A stretch of 64,000 nt of DNA from a virus (taxonomy: Duplodnaviria > Caudoviricetes). The position numbers were made by a program, and so were the translations under genes. Below are positions 35,001-43,317 of the stretch, one piece after another (position 1 is the first letter of the stretch; the number at the start of each line of letters is the position of its first letter). The stretch lies in IMG/VR virus record IMGVR_UViG_2522572155_000001, positions 64,001 to 128,000 of that record. One strand, written 5' to 3'. The notes below the pieces were generated by a model. The model did not search any database. It saw only the letters and a program-made list of their open reading frames with translations, and was not told where the DNA came from.

Positions 35001-35420
35001 TACACCGACCGCGACGTAACCCTGCTTGAAAAGCAGAAGCTGGAGAAGGAACTGCTCAGCGTGATCCTCTCCGACGACTGCGCGCGCGTCTTCGCCCGGA
35101 ACGGCGACGAGATCGACGCCTACCTACGGGGCGACGAGCCGGAGGATGGTTACCTGCTCCTCGAAGACCAGCCCGAGGCGGGATTGCAGGTATCCGTGCC
35201 CGGCGTCATCAGTGCAATCGAAGAGAAGACGACTAAGAGAGATGGCAAGGCGATGGGCATCGTGACCATCGAATGGGAGGGTCACGAGTGCGAGTTCGTC
35301 GTCTTCCCCAACGACTGGCGATCGTATCGGTTTCTCTGGAACGAGCGTACGCCGGGTTGCTTCACCGTACGTAAGACCGAACGCGGCGTCAGCTTCGTGG
35401 ACGCCATCAAGCTCGACTAG
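32055..35420 (+). CDS. dnaE: DNA polymerase III alpha subunit
   Basis: PHP HNHTEYS/TDHG/TDAH, GRGSAAGS, PDIDQDF, YSFNKAHA, C-terminal OB fold. Confidence 0.97.
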   Translation: MIAPLHNHTEYSALDGLATPLEIAQRCQCIGCTAVGITDHGTVAGHLEFDKVMRAHDLKPIFGVELYHGLKYGNVEWAKNERDNGHFIVGAMTDEGLRNVWRMVDAASHPDNYRYVGRVTFPILRKFREGVFATSACIASPIGQAIMKEKNDPYALLNQYLEVFGDNFYIELHTYPGEEHEYLNSCLVQMGQEKGVPFVYATDAHFASPEQYETHDAYVAMTSGDSIYTSPEDRKMWHPQVLYIQTEEEIRANLSYLPESVVDEAIANSALIAEKCNARLPGVKRHLAPFFPSECPWLTKDDKRREMSAAELFLELVAVGITERYGLDNDEAWDRAYRECEVFLSADTGLTGGLTHYFLQAWDMCEFCNATNIQRGPGRGSAAGSIVAYALGITDVDPLHYGLIFERFWNAGRAKGFPDIDQDFPKADRKKVRDYLKDRWGHDRVRTIGTITRLKPKAACDKTWKVAEVTWEEKEALKKIIDGVPDIDILGPDSIGWAAESDPGKTIYVMRSVGQEIIEWVTSLEDDRQGVVLRWIELVEAACSRVSGYGVHPSGVVVSDVDLCDELPCMYNRSQEERVTCFPMGDVDKRMFVKHDLLGLRNLDTLSDWDDQIIAAFEGADEETRQDILKKMTVLQRLEKKHGIRWSGLDKLTHPIEMWQMLWAKLSRGVFQIEDGYAAWLAQELRPQSIEHLSALVALNRPGPIRSGAPDSFITRSRGGVDDEFDGRNIPILAENLGGTYGWFLYQEQIIRFFSDLGYDLGDADAVRKMLGKKSPEEMQRLIHGEGEWEGKGYLEVAGKLLGESLAKQIINIIADFAKYSFNKAHAVAYAIIAFRTLYAKYYYPAEFIMASIRTIGDDPKKAAKTAGFIGEGRRMGIAVLTPDVLESEADIAVKGSHIYFGLSNVKGVGKGAARYVRELSHLYDVTTPEALTDALEAEEGAWKEARDVAKESGTSFKKKSPKQTLRSNQIAALYQAGAFDNYTDRDVTLLEKQKLEKELLSVILSDDCARVFARNGDEIDAYLRGDEPEDGYLLLEDQPEAGLQVSVPGVISAIEEKTTKRDGKAMGIVTIEWEGHECEFVVFPNDWRSYRFLWNERTPGCFTVRKTERGVSFVDAIKLD

Positions 35421-35428
35421 GAACATAC

Positions 35429-36493
35429 ATGAACGATAAGAAGAAGGCGGCGGCGGTCAAGGAGGCCGCCCGCCTTACGCAGAAGTACGGTCACAAGGCC
35501 GCCGACGTAGCCAACGTGAGCTATGACTTCGGGGTAACATCCACGGGCGTACTGGCGCTTGACTACAAGCTCGGGACCGGTGGATGGACGGAGGGCCATC
35601 CGCACATGATCTTCGGCCCGCGTGACATCGGCAAGTCGTCGTCGCTCGGCCTCGCATCCATCCGAGAGGCACAGCGAGTAGACAAGCTCTGCGGCATCAT
35701 CGCGCTTGAGCCGGGCGTCGATGAGAAGTGGATGCGCAAGCATGGTGTAGACCCTGAAAGCGTGGTTGTCGCTCGCCCCAACACGGGGGAGGAGGCGTTC
35801 GAGATCGCGCTGGAGTGGTGCAACGACGACCTCATCGATCACATCATCTTCGACTCCATCGGGGCCGTCGTCACTGACGCCGAGCGAGACGCGGACGAAC
35901 TGAAGTCACGCGTCGGCGGTCAATCAAAGCTAATCACAGACGGCGCCAAGCGGCTGCTCATGCCGATCTGGAAGAACAAGAAGACGTTCATCTACCTCAA
36001 CCAGGTACGCGACGTGATGCAGGGGAACGTTCAGGGCCTGGTGAAGCCGCCAGGCGGCAACGCCTTGGAGCACTCGTGCGCAACCATCCTCCAGATGAAG
36101 CCGGTCAACAATCGCTACACCGTAAAGATTGATGGCGAGGACGTGCAGATCGGTCGTACGGTGAGGGCCATTGCCATCCGTAACAAGCTGGCCGAGGGCA
36201 CTAACGCGAGGGCACAGTTCGACTTCTACGAGAAGGAGTGGCCGGGGTTCCCGTTCGGGATCGACGTAGCGGCGGACGTGATCGCGACGGGCGTCATGAC
36301 CGGTGTGATCGAGAAGGCGGGCGCGTGGTATCGCCATGGACTCTTCCCGGAGGGGCGACTACAGGGAAAGAAGGGGGTCGCGGAGTTCATCGCGGGTAAC
36401 CCGGATGCCGTCCCGGAGATTCGCAAGGGCGTACTTCGGAAGATGCGCGATCTGACGCATGTGCCTGAGGCTGCCGAGAGCATGGACGAGTAA
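35429..36493 (+). CDS. recA: RecA-like recombinase
   Basis: GPRDIGKS, FDSIGA, NQVR, PGGNALEH, IEKAGAWY. Confidence 0.92.
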   Translation: MNDKKKAAAVKEAARLTQKYGHKAADVANVSYDFGVTSTGVLALDYKLGTGGWTEGHPHMIFGPRDIGKSSSLGLASIREAQRVDKLCGIIALEPGVDEKWMRKHGVDPESVVVARPNTGEEAFEIALEWCNDDLIDHIIFDSIGAVVTDAERDADELKSRVGGQSKLITDGAKRLLMPIWKNKKTFIYLNQVRDVMQGNVQGLVKPPGGNALEHSCATILQMKPVNNRYTVKIDGEDVQIGRTVRAIAIRNKLAEGTNARAQFDFYEKEWPGFPFGIDVAADVIATGVMTGVIEKAGAWYRHGLFPEGRLQGKKGVAEFIAGNPDAVPEIRKGVLRKMRDLTHVPEAAESMDE

Positions 36494-36501
36494 GGCAAGA
36501 G

Positions 36502-36879
36502 ATGGCAACACGAGGTAGCTCCAAGGCACTCTCGGTCGAGCACGAGGAATGGATTGCCTCGCAATACGGAGGACGGCGTTCGCCGTCCTCCGGCGGGGCC
36601 GACAACGATCAGGGCGACGTGCGGACCGAGCACTACCTGATCGAGTGCAAGCTCACCGGTAGGCCGACCAAGCCCGCCAAGTCCACGATGCTGTCCACGT
36701 TCGAGAAGATCGCGGAGGAGGCTCACTCCGAGGGCCGCGAGCCGTTACTCGCCTACCGATTCTTCAGCCCTGGCTCGGTGCTCGCGAACTCACAGGGTTG
36801 GGTGGACCTCGTGGTCCGCCGCGTCGGAGACGACGTCGAGCTTGTCGACGCAGCGTGGCGCTACGGGGACCTGGCCTGA
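36502..36879 (+). CDS. Hjc-like Holliday junction resolvase/PD-(D/E)xK nuclease
   Basis: E...SGG...GDV...IECK. Confidence 0.7.
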   Translation: MATRGSSKALSVEHEEWIASQYGGRRSPSSGGADNDQGDVRTEHYLIECKLTGRPTKPAKSTMLSTFEKIAEEAHSEGREPLLAYRFFSPGSVLANSQGWVDLVVRRVGDDVELVDAAWRYGDLA

Positions 36880-37652
36880 TGGCGCTCAAGCTCGGCCCGC
36901 AGCGTGACTGGGTCAAGAACATCGCCCGCCAGTTCAAGGTGGTGCCCCACATCGAGCGCGCGATCGACACGTTGGGCGAATTCGAGTGGTCCGCCGAGTT
37001 CGGCGCGAAGGCCGGTGACGATGCCTGGCATCCCTCTGGAGACTGCACGCCCTCGCTGCTGGACCTCTACCTGAAGGCTACCGGCGAGGGGGAACACCGC
37101 CCGATCGGCGTGCCTCTCCGCAAGACGTTCCAGGTCGGCCACTTCTGGCACGCGTACCTCCAGGAGGTGATGGTACGCGCCGAGATGGTCGAGCGCAGCA
37201 GTATCGAGCGTCGAGGGATGGTCGGATGGGGAGACCTGGCGCGGCGCCACTTCCAGCACGTCGGAGATGTTCCATGGGCCGCTTGGCACTGGGTCACTGG
37301 CTCTATCGACGTAGCGAACTACGCCGTGCCGGGACATGGAGAGGCCGTCGTGGACTTCAAGACGATGAACTCCATGGACTTCAAGAAGCAGGATGCTCCC
37401 ACGTGGACGGCAGACAAGTGGGAGTGCCAGTTGAACATCTACATGGACTGGACCGACTCCGAGACCGCCTTCATCGTCTGCATTGATAAGGGGTCACCAC
37501 ACGAGTTCAAAGAGTTCACGTACGAACGCAACCAGCCACTCATTGACGCGCTCTACCAGAAGTGGGAACTCGTGGCTGAGTGCGTCATGGACGGTGTCCA
37601 GCCTCCTGCCGACGAAGAGTTCCCCCTACCCCTGCGAGGACACAACAAGTGA
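36879..37652 (+). CDS. PD-(D/E)xK (RecB/Cas4-like) exonuclease
   Basis: HPSGDC, GHFWH, GSID, VVDFKT, QLNIYM. Confidence 0.8.
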   Translation: MALKLGPQRDWVKNIARQFKVVPHIERAIDTLGEFEWSAEFGAKAGDDAWHPSGDCTPSLLDLYLKATGEGEHRPIGVPLRKTFQVGHFWHAYLQEVMVRAEMVERSSIERRGMVGWGDLARRHFQHVGDVPWAAWHWVTGSIDVANYAVPGHGEAVVDFKTMNSMDFKKQDAPTWTADKWECQLNIYMDWTDSETAFIVCIDKGSPHEFKEFTYERNQPLIDALYQKWELVAECVMDGVQPPADEEFPLPLRGHNK

Positions 37653-37780
37653 TCGAATGCCCGGAGTGTGAAGGCGCTGGCCGCGACGAGGTCGGCCAAG
37701 CGTGCTACGTCTGCGATGGACTCGGAGAGGTGTGCAGCACCTGCGGCTTCACGGTCCTGTGTGAGTGCGATGTGACGTGA
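37649..37780 (+). CDS. Small DnaJ-type zinc-finger protein
   Basis: CPECEGAG...CYVCDGLG..CSTC...CEC; GTGA overlaps. Confidence 0.6.
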   Translation: MIECPECEGAGRDEVGQACYVCDGLGEVCSTCGFTVLCECDVT

Positions 37781-38316
37781 GAGTACTTGCCCTCGATCCG
37801 GGGGCGGCCCGTATGGGGTGGGCCGTGATCGAGGGAGGGAAGGGACAGCAGGCCACGTGGATCGCGTCAGGTATCGCAGGACTTGACCGTGAACGTGCCG
37901 ATAATGAGAAGTATCAGCCGTACAGGTTGCGGCTGATCGAGTACTGGGCGCTCGCAAGCGGACCATTCCTCGACACATACACGCCCGACTTTGTGGCCAA
38001 CGAGATCATCCCGCCTGCTACAGGCCGAGCGTTCAAGTCGAACGGGGTTCAGGGTCAGTTGGCCGCAACGGCAATCACCGCGCTTCACACGATGGCAGCG
38101 GCCCGAAACATCCAGATCAAGCAATTCGGCGCCACATCCATCAAGAAGGCAATCGCAGGTGACAGCGAGGCGACCAAGGTAGGCGTACGCAACGGCGTGT
38201 ACGCCCTTATCCCCGAATTGAAGGACATGAAGCACCACCTGTGGACCAAGAAGGAATGGATGGACGAGAGCGATGCCTGCGCAACGGCTCTCGTGGCGCT
38301 GGGGTACAAGGCATGA
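37777..38316 (+). CDS. ruvC: RuvC-like resolvase
   Basis: VLALDPG, E, IKKAIAG...ATK, DESDACATA. Confidence 0.88.
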   Translation: MRVLALDPGAARMGWAVIEGGKGQQATWIASGIAGLDRERADNEKYQPYRLRLIEYWALASGPFLDTYTPDFVANEIIPPATGRAFKSNGVQGQLAATAITALHTMAAARNIQIKQFGATSIKKAIAGDSEATKVGVRNGVYALIPELKDMKHHLWTKKEWMDESDACATALVALGYKA

Positions 38317-38978
38317 CCAGGTTCGAAGTCACGGAACAGGACGTGTGGGTACCGCCGATCGGCAAGTTCACCGAGGGCAAGTGGAAGTCACAGCTTACGG
38401 GCAAGGAACGGCGGATCGTCAAGGCGGAACTGCTCAAGAAGGGCAAGCACGTCGAGCCCACGCCGCTCCATCGTGTGCTGCGTGAGGTGTATCGCCACTA
38501 CCTGGAGTTCCGCGACGTAGTGAGCGCACCCACTGGCGGCTCTGCTGACGGAAAGTCGGCGTCGTCGGTGATCTCCGATAACGGCGTCATCGACTACGGT
38601 TACTGGCTCTATGACCTCGATGGCGAGACAACAACCGGCAAGGCGCACGTGACGCTCTCGTTCTGGGACCTCCATCGGGGCCTCAGCACGCTGTCTGACC
38701 GTAAGCGGGAGGCCGTCTTTCACAACGTGATTCTGGACAAGCTCCAGCGCGAGGTTGCCGAGGAGATGGGCATCACCACCGTCTCGGTTGGACAGTACGT
38801 GGATGCGGCGATGCGACAGCTAGCCGAGGACTACTTCTCAGAGGGAATGAAGATCGAATGTGGGGCTCCGCAGGCTACGACGTTGGAGGAAGTGGACTCT
38901 TCAGCGTCCGCTCGGGTTACGCGGCACTCATCAGACGCGAGGAAGCCTACAGCAAGCGTCACGGGAGTGACCTTGTGA
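38313..38978 (+). CDS. Sigma-70 region-4 HTH protein (phage sigma-like factor)
   Basis: LSDRKREAV...QREVAEEMGITTVSVGQYVDAAMRQL. Confidence 0.75.
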   Translation: MTRFEVTEQDVWVPPIGKFTEGKWKSQLTGKERRIVKAELLKKGKHVEPTPLHRVLREVYRHYLEFRDVVSAPTGGSADGKSASSVISDNGVIDYGYWLYDLDGETTTGKAHVTLSFWDLHRGLSTLSDRKREAVFHNVILDKLQREVAEEMGITTVSVGQYVDAAMRQLAEDYFSEGMKIECGAPQATTLEEVDSSASARVTRHSSDARKPTASVTGVTL

Positions 38979-39445
38979 TGCGTCGCCGTCAGGATGTTGA
39001 GGTTCCGGAGACCCTAGAGCCCGGTACGCGGTACTCCTCTGCGGAGCTAGAGGCATATGCCGACAAGCTGCTGAAGGATCAAGCACGCACCGAGGTATGC
39101 GTGGATTGCGGCGAGCCCGGCCTAGACACGGGCGTCACCGAAGCGGTGCCGCAGGCAGTAACCGACACCGAGGGCAACGTTCTTGTGCTGGAGTTCGAGC
39201 AGGTTGCCTGCGCGAATGGCCACGAGTGGTGGAAGGGTGAAGGCAAGGCGCGCGGGATCGGTGGCGAGCATCCCATCCTCTTCGAGGATCACCTCGCCTC
39301 GCGCCGTCGCCGGGAAATCTACACCGCGAACGGCACACCGGACCCCGAGATCGTGTCTGGCATCTACAACCGCACACATCCGCAGGGCCGAAAGGTCAAC
39401 ACAGAGGAGCAGCGCAAGAAGCACGGCGCCAGCTTCTTCCGGTGA
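38978..39445 (+). CDS. Hypothetical zinc-binding protein
   Basis: CVDC...CANGH; ATG overlapping the upstream stop. Confidence 0.6.
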   Translation: MRRRQDVEVPETLEPGTRYSSAELEAYADKLLKDQARTEVCVDCGEPGLDTGVTEAVPQAVTDTEGNVLVLEFEQVACANGHEWWKGEGKARGIGGEHPILFEDHLASRRRREIYTANGTPDPEIVSGIYNRTHPQGRKVNTEEQRKKHGASFFR

Positions 39446-39461
39446 AGGAGACGATCTCTGA

Positions 39462-40088
39462 ATGCCTGATTTCCGCAAGAGCGAGTCTGTCGGGGAGGCT
39501 CGTGACATCAAGAAGCACTCCGTGACCGCGAGGATCAATAACGATCTACCCGAGCACTACGAGGCGCGCTGCAAGGTGTGCACCTCGAAGTACCGTCACG
39601 CGATCGAGCGCATGATTGCGCTGGGCACGAACCATAGTGAGATCGAGCGCACGTTCGCAGGGGAGGTACCGCGTCGCTCCATCTCCAATCACGCCAGGGA
39701 GCATCTGTCCTACGAGCAGGCTGCGATCCGGGCGATCATCGAGCACGACGCAAAGCAGATCAACGCGAACTACGAGGAGGGCTTGAACGGGGCTCTCCGG
39801 CGTCACGCCTACCTGTCGGCTGGTCTCCAGAAGGCATGGGAAGACCTGATCGAAGGCAACGTCCGAATCGACCCCGCCGTGGCGATTCAGATGATCCAGC
39901 AGCTAGACAAGATGGAGAAGGAAACGTCGGTCGCCGCGACCGACGAGTTGTACTTCCAGTTCAACGCCTTCAAGACGGCCGTCCAGCGCATCGTGCCGCG
40001 AGACATGTGGGAGGCAATCTTCGAGGAGACGCGCCGGATCGCCGCGCGCGCTGAAGATGTCGGCAGCGCGGAGCTTGAGGAGGGGTGA
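39462..40088 (+). CDS. Hypothetical Zn/HTH protein (terminase small subunit candidate)
   Basis: CKVC...HAREH then helical region; SD AAGGAG; function is inference. Confidence 0.55.
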   Translation: MPDFRKSESVGEARDIKKHSVTARINNDLPEHYEARCKVCTSKYRHAIERMIALGTNHSEIERTFAGEVPRRSISNHAREHLSYEQAAIRAIIEHDAKQINANYEEGLNGALRRHAYLSAGLQKAWEDLIEGNVRIDPAVAIQMIQQLDKMEKETSVAATDELYFQFNAFKTAVQRIVPRDMWEAIFEETRRIAARAEDVGSAELEEG

Positions 40089-42055
40089 GCTACGCCCTCC
40101 TGGACGACGCCCTGATTGACGAGATCGCGTCCTCCAGCCCCGCCGACCGTGAATCGTGGCTCATCCTAGAGGCGCACGAGCGGTACCTAGGCCATTGGGA
40201 GGTCAATAGCCTGGGCGACTTCTTCCGATTCGATCTCCGCGACATCATCGGGCCGCACCGGGTCGTGTCTCCGGCGAATCTGGAGGAGTTCCTCCGTGCC
40301 GCTGAGGAGCATGGGTACAGGGTGGCCTTCGGTGAGGACCCCGAGGCCGTCCTAGCCCCCTTTACGCGGCTCGCAGAGGCTGCTCCGGTCACGTTGACCT
40401 CAACGCTGCCGGGCACCGTCAACGGACTCCTGCCCTTCCAGGCGCGCGGGGTCAATTTCCTCCGCGACCTCCCTCGTGGTGGCGTAGCGCAGTGGTCCAC
40501 TGGGACGGGCAAGTCCGTGGCACAGAGCGCCCTCCTGAAGTACCACCTGGAGCGGGGGAGCTTCGACGTGTGCTTGTCTCTCGCCAGGGCGCACAACAAG
40601 ATCAACACGCAGCGCACCTACTACGCGCTGGCAGGGATCGAGTCCGTCATCCTGGACGGTACCCCGAAGCAGCGCGACAAGACCTATCTCGACATCAACC
40701 GGCAACTGGTCTCCGGGAACCCGGTCGTCGTCGTCACGAACTACGAGAAGTTCCGCGATGACTTCTGCTGGTTCGAGAGGTCGAAAAACAAGGAGTGGCT
40801 TGCGCGCTTCCATACTGACTTCTCTTTCCTGTTCGAGCGCAACCTCCTGTGCCTTTGGGACGAGATGCCCATGAAGCTCAAGACACGCACCACCAAGCTC
40901 TACAAGGCAGTACAGGCGTGTCTCTATGACGCCGCCTACCCCCGTTGGGACAAGAGACGCGCGGAGAGTCTGCGGCAGTATATGTTCTCCGCTACACCGA
41001 TCGAGAACGACCCTGAGGACTGGTTCAACTGCGTGCGGCTAATCGACCCGGATTGCTACGGGACAGTAAAGGACTTCCGCGAGCGGTACGTCAAGCGCTA
41101 CTCGTTCTTCGACAACAGCAAGCCGGAGGAGTGGCACAACCTGGACGACATGGAGCTACGGGCCGCCCACATCGTCCACCAGGTAGACAAGGAGCGCGAT
41201 CCCGAGATCAGGGCACAGTTCCCGACGAAGGTCGAGGAAGTGAAGGTACTCGACTGGCACGAGCCCCACCGCAAGGTCTACGACAGGCTGTTGAGGCTCT
41301 CCAAGGAGTACGCCGAGGGGAGCGAAGATGACGAGGGCCAGAAGCTCAACATCCTCGGCGTCATCGGCGTCCTTCAGATGCTCTGCAACGCTCCGTCTGC
41401 TATCGGCCGGTCAGCGGCCCTTCGTGAGGTCTTTCTGGGCGCCGTAGAGGACGGCGACGAGGCAGCCAAGGCTCAGGGCTCGGAAGTCGCGCGCAGGCTT
41501 GTAGAAGACCTCGGAACGATCCCCACGGATGAGGGGCACACGAAGTTCGAGCAGCTACGCAACGACATCACGGTGCGGTTCAAGCGCCAGAAGGTCATCG
41601 TGTTCACGGCGGGCAACGAGACGATCATCCCCATCATCGAGCAGCACTTCCAAGAGTGGGGCGTCTCATACGTGCGTTACGACGGATCGCGTACGCAGAT
41701 GCAGGAGGCCGAGGACAGCTTCAAAGGCGATCCGGACGTTCAGGTCTTCCTCTCCTCGGACAAGGGCTCGGACTCGATCTCGTTGGAATGCGCCGTAGCC
41801 ACGATCAACTACGACGGCCCGTGGAAGTGGTCAACCCGCAAACAGCGAATCAACCGCAACGACCGAGTCACGACGCAGCACGAGACGCTTTGGGTAATCG
41901 ACTACGTCATGGCCAACTCCGTCGAGGATCGCAAGCGCGCCGTGGTGGCGAAGAAGCAGGGATACCATCAGGCGGTGTTCGAGGGCGTGATCGCCAATCA
42001 GTCGTTGTCGGCGGGGATGAGCGGAGCCGACCTCCGCTACATTCTCTCGGGTTAG
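40085..42055 (+). CDS. SNF2-like SF2 helicase
   Basis: LLPFQ, TGTGKS, TNYE, WDE, SATPIEN, QRINRNDR, SVED. Confidence 0.85.
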   Translation: MSYALLDDALIDEIASSSPADRESWLILEAHERYLGHWEVNSLGDFFRFDLRDIIGPHRVVSPANLEEFLRAAEEHGYRVAFGEDPEAVLAPFTRLAEAAPVTLTSTLPGTVNGLLPFQARGVNFLRDLPRGGVAQWSTGTGKSVAQSALLKYHLERGSFDVCLSLARAHNKINTQRTYYALAGIESVILDGTPKQRDKTYLDINRQLVSGNPVVVVTNYEKFRDDFCWFERSKNKEWLARFHTDFSFLFERNLLCLWDEMPMKLKTRTTKLYKAVQACLYDAAYPRWDKRRAESLRQYMFSATPIENDPEDWFNCVRLIDPDCYGTVKDFRERYVKRYSFFDNSKPEEWHNLDDMELRAAHIVHQVDKERDPEIRAQFPTKVEEVKVLDWHEPHRKVYDRLLRLSKEYAEGSEDDEGQKLNILGVIGVLQMLCNAPSAIGRSAALREVFLGAVEDGDEAAKAQGSEVARRLVEDLGTIPTDEGHTKFEQLRNDITVRFKRQKVIVFTAGNETIIPIIEQHFQEWGVSYVRYDGSRTQMQEAEDSFKGDPDVQVFLSSDKGSDSISLECAVATINYDGPWKWSTRKQRINRNDRVTTQHETLWVIDYVMANSVEDRKRAVVAKKQGYHQAVFEGVIANQSLSAGMSGADLRYILSG

Positions 42056-43317
42056 GAGAGTACGTTGACCATATCGATGTACGTGTTGCCCTGGCCGCCG
42101 CTGAAGTACGCCTTCACCTGTGTAGCCAACGCGGGGGTTGCGAGAGAGGCACGTTGAGTCCACGTAGTGCCGTCCGGGCTCGTCTCGAAGTAGCTCGTGC
42201 CCCCGCTTTCGCGCAGCCGCAGCCACGCCATGCTGGTTGCGTTGTACGCGATGGAGCCGACCGGCGTCGAATTGAGCAGGAAGGAGAGCGTGCCGTCACT
42301 GTACTGGAAGAACAGGCCAGCGGCGGAATTTGTGGCACTCGTGATTCCTAGATCACAGGGGATCACGGCGTTGATTGGCGGGCCAGAAAAGCCGCCGCTG
42401 GGCTGTACCTTGAGCGCTAGGGTGCTGTTGGTGAAGTCATAAGTCCGGACGGACATGAAGAAGCTATTCTTGTCAATGACTGCGCGGCCAGCATCGATGA
42501 ATGCGAGGCTCGCAGTCCACTGCGGACCGAAGGAACCGCTATTGAAGTTGTCCGCGAGGACGGCGATCGGCGCAAGCAGGACGGTCGCACTGGCAACAAC
42601 GGTGCCAGTCGCGGAGAGGGTCGAGTCTCCGGGCTTGGTCGCCTGGAACCCGCCGCCGCTCAAGCTACCGGACGCGGAGAGTGCGGCCGACGCCAACTGC
42701 GCCGCCTGCGTGCCGCTGGCGGTGAGCGAGCCGGACGCGGACACGGACACGGACGCCCGTACGGTCGCCTGAATACCCATCGCGGCGAGGGAACCGCTGG
42801 CGTCGAGCGGGAGGCTCGTCAGCTTGACCGGCAACGTCGGAGTGAGCGCCACCTCGCTGTTCCCAGACAGATTGATGACACCGAACCGCGTGACCTGGGC
42901 CAGGCTCATGTAGTGACCCACAGTCACTACGTCCCCGAAGTTGTCGGTCGTCCTGAGGGTCACGCGCACGCCGGGGGATGCGGTTGTGAACACGTGAGCG
43001 ACGGTCTGGCCGACCCCCTTCGTGCCGTCTCCAAAGTTCCATTCCCAGCGTACGATCGAGCGCGGCGGGCCAGGCGGTGGCAGGAAGGAACCCTCGAATG
43101 TGATGAGGGTATTTACCTGCGTGCTGAAGGTGCCAGTCGGAGTGCCGTCATCGTAGAAGAGAGGCGCAAGCTGAGGCGTCCAGCGGAAGTCGATCGCGAC
43201 GGTCTGACGCGCCGCCGGAACCTTGCTCAGGTGGTCAACAGGGTTCTCGGGAGCGCGGAAGCGTCCCTGACCCATGAAGGCGACGTTCTGGTCTGCGGTG
43301 ACGATAATTGCGGGCAT
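42052..43317 (-). CDS. Minor tail protein with PKD and lectin-like domains
   Basis: WEWNFGDGT...HVF PKD motif; DNFN...WLRLRESGGTSYFETSPDGTTW. Confidence 0.7.
   Translation of the reverse strand: MPAIIVTADQNVAFMGQGRFRAPENPVDHLSKVPAARQTVAIDFRWTPQLAPLFYDDGTPTGTFSTQVNTLITFEGSFLPPPGPPRSIVRWEWNFGDGTKGVGQTVAHVFTTASPGVRVTLRTTDNFGDVVTVGHYMSLAQVTRFGVINLSGNSEVALTPTLPVKLTSLPLDASGSLAAMGIQATVRASVSVSASGSLTASGTQAAQLASAALSASGSLSGGGFQATKPGDSTLSATGTVVASATVLLAPIAVLADNFNSGSFGPQWTASLAFIDAGRAVIDKNSFFMSVRTYDFTNSTLALKVQPSGGFSGPPINAVIPCDLGITSATNSAAGLFFQYSDGTLSFLLNSTPVGSIAYNATSMAWLRLRESGGTSYFETSPDGTTWTQRASLATPALATQVKAYFSGGQGNTYIDMVNVLS

Noticed and set aside
32055-35420. Inteins or introns in DnaE, terminase, RNR, DnaB or RecA
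   Set aside because: Lengths are normal and no intein splice or LAGLIDADG motifs were seen.
36879-37652. CRISPR-Cas system (Cas4-like gene)
   Set aside because: No repeat-spacer array or other cas genes; stand-alone phage exonuclease in a recombination block.
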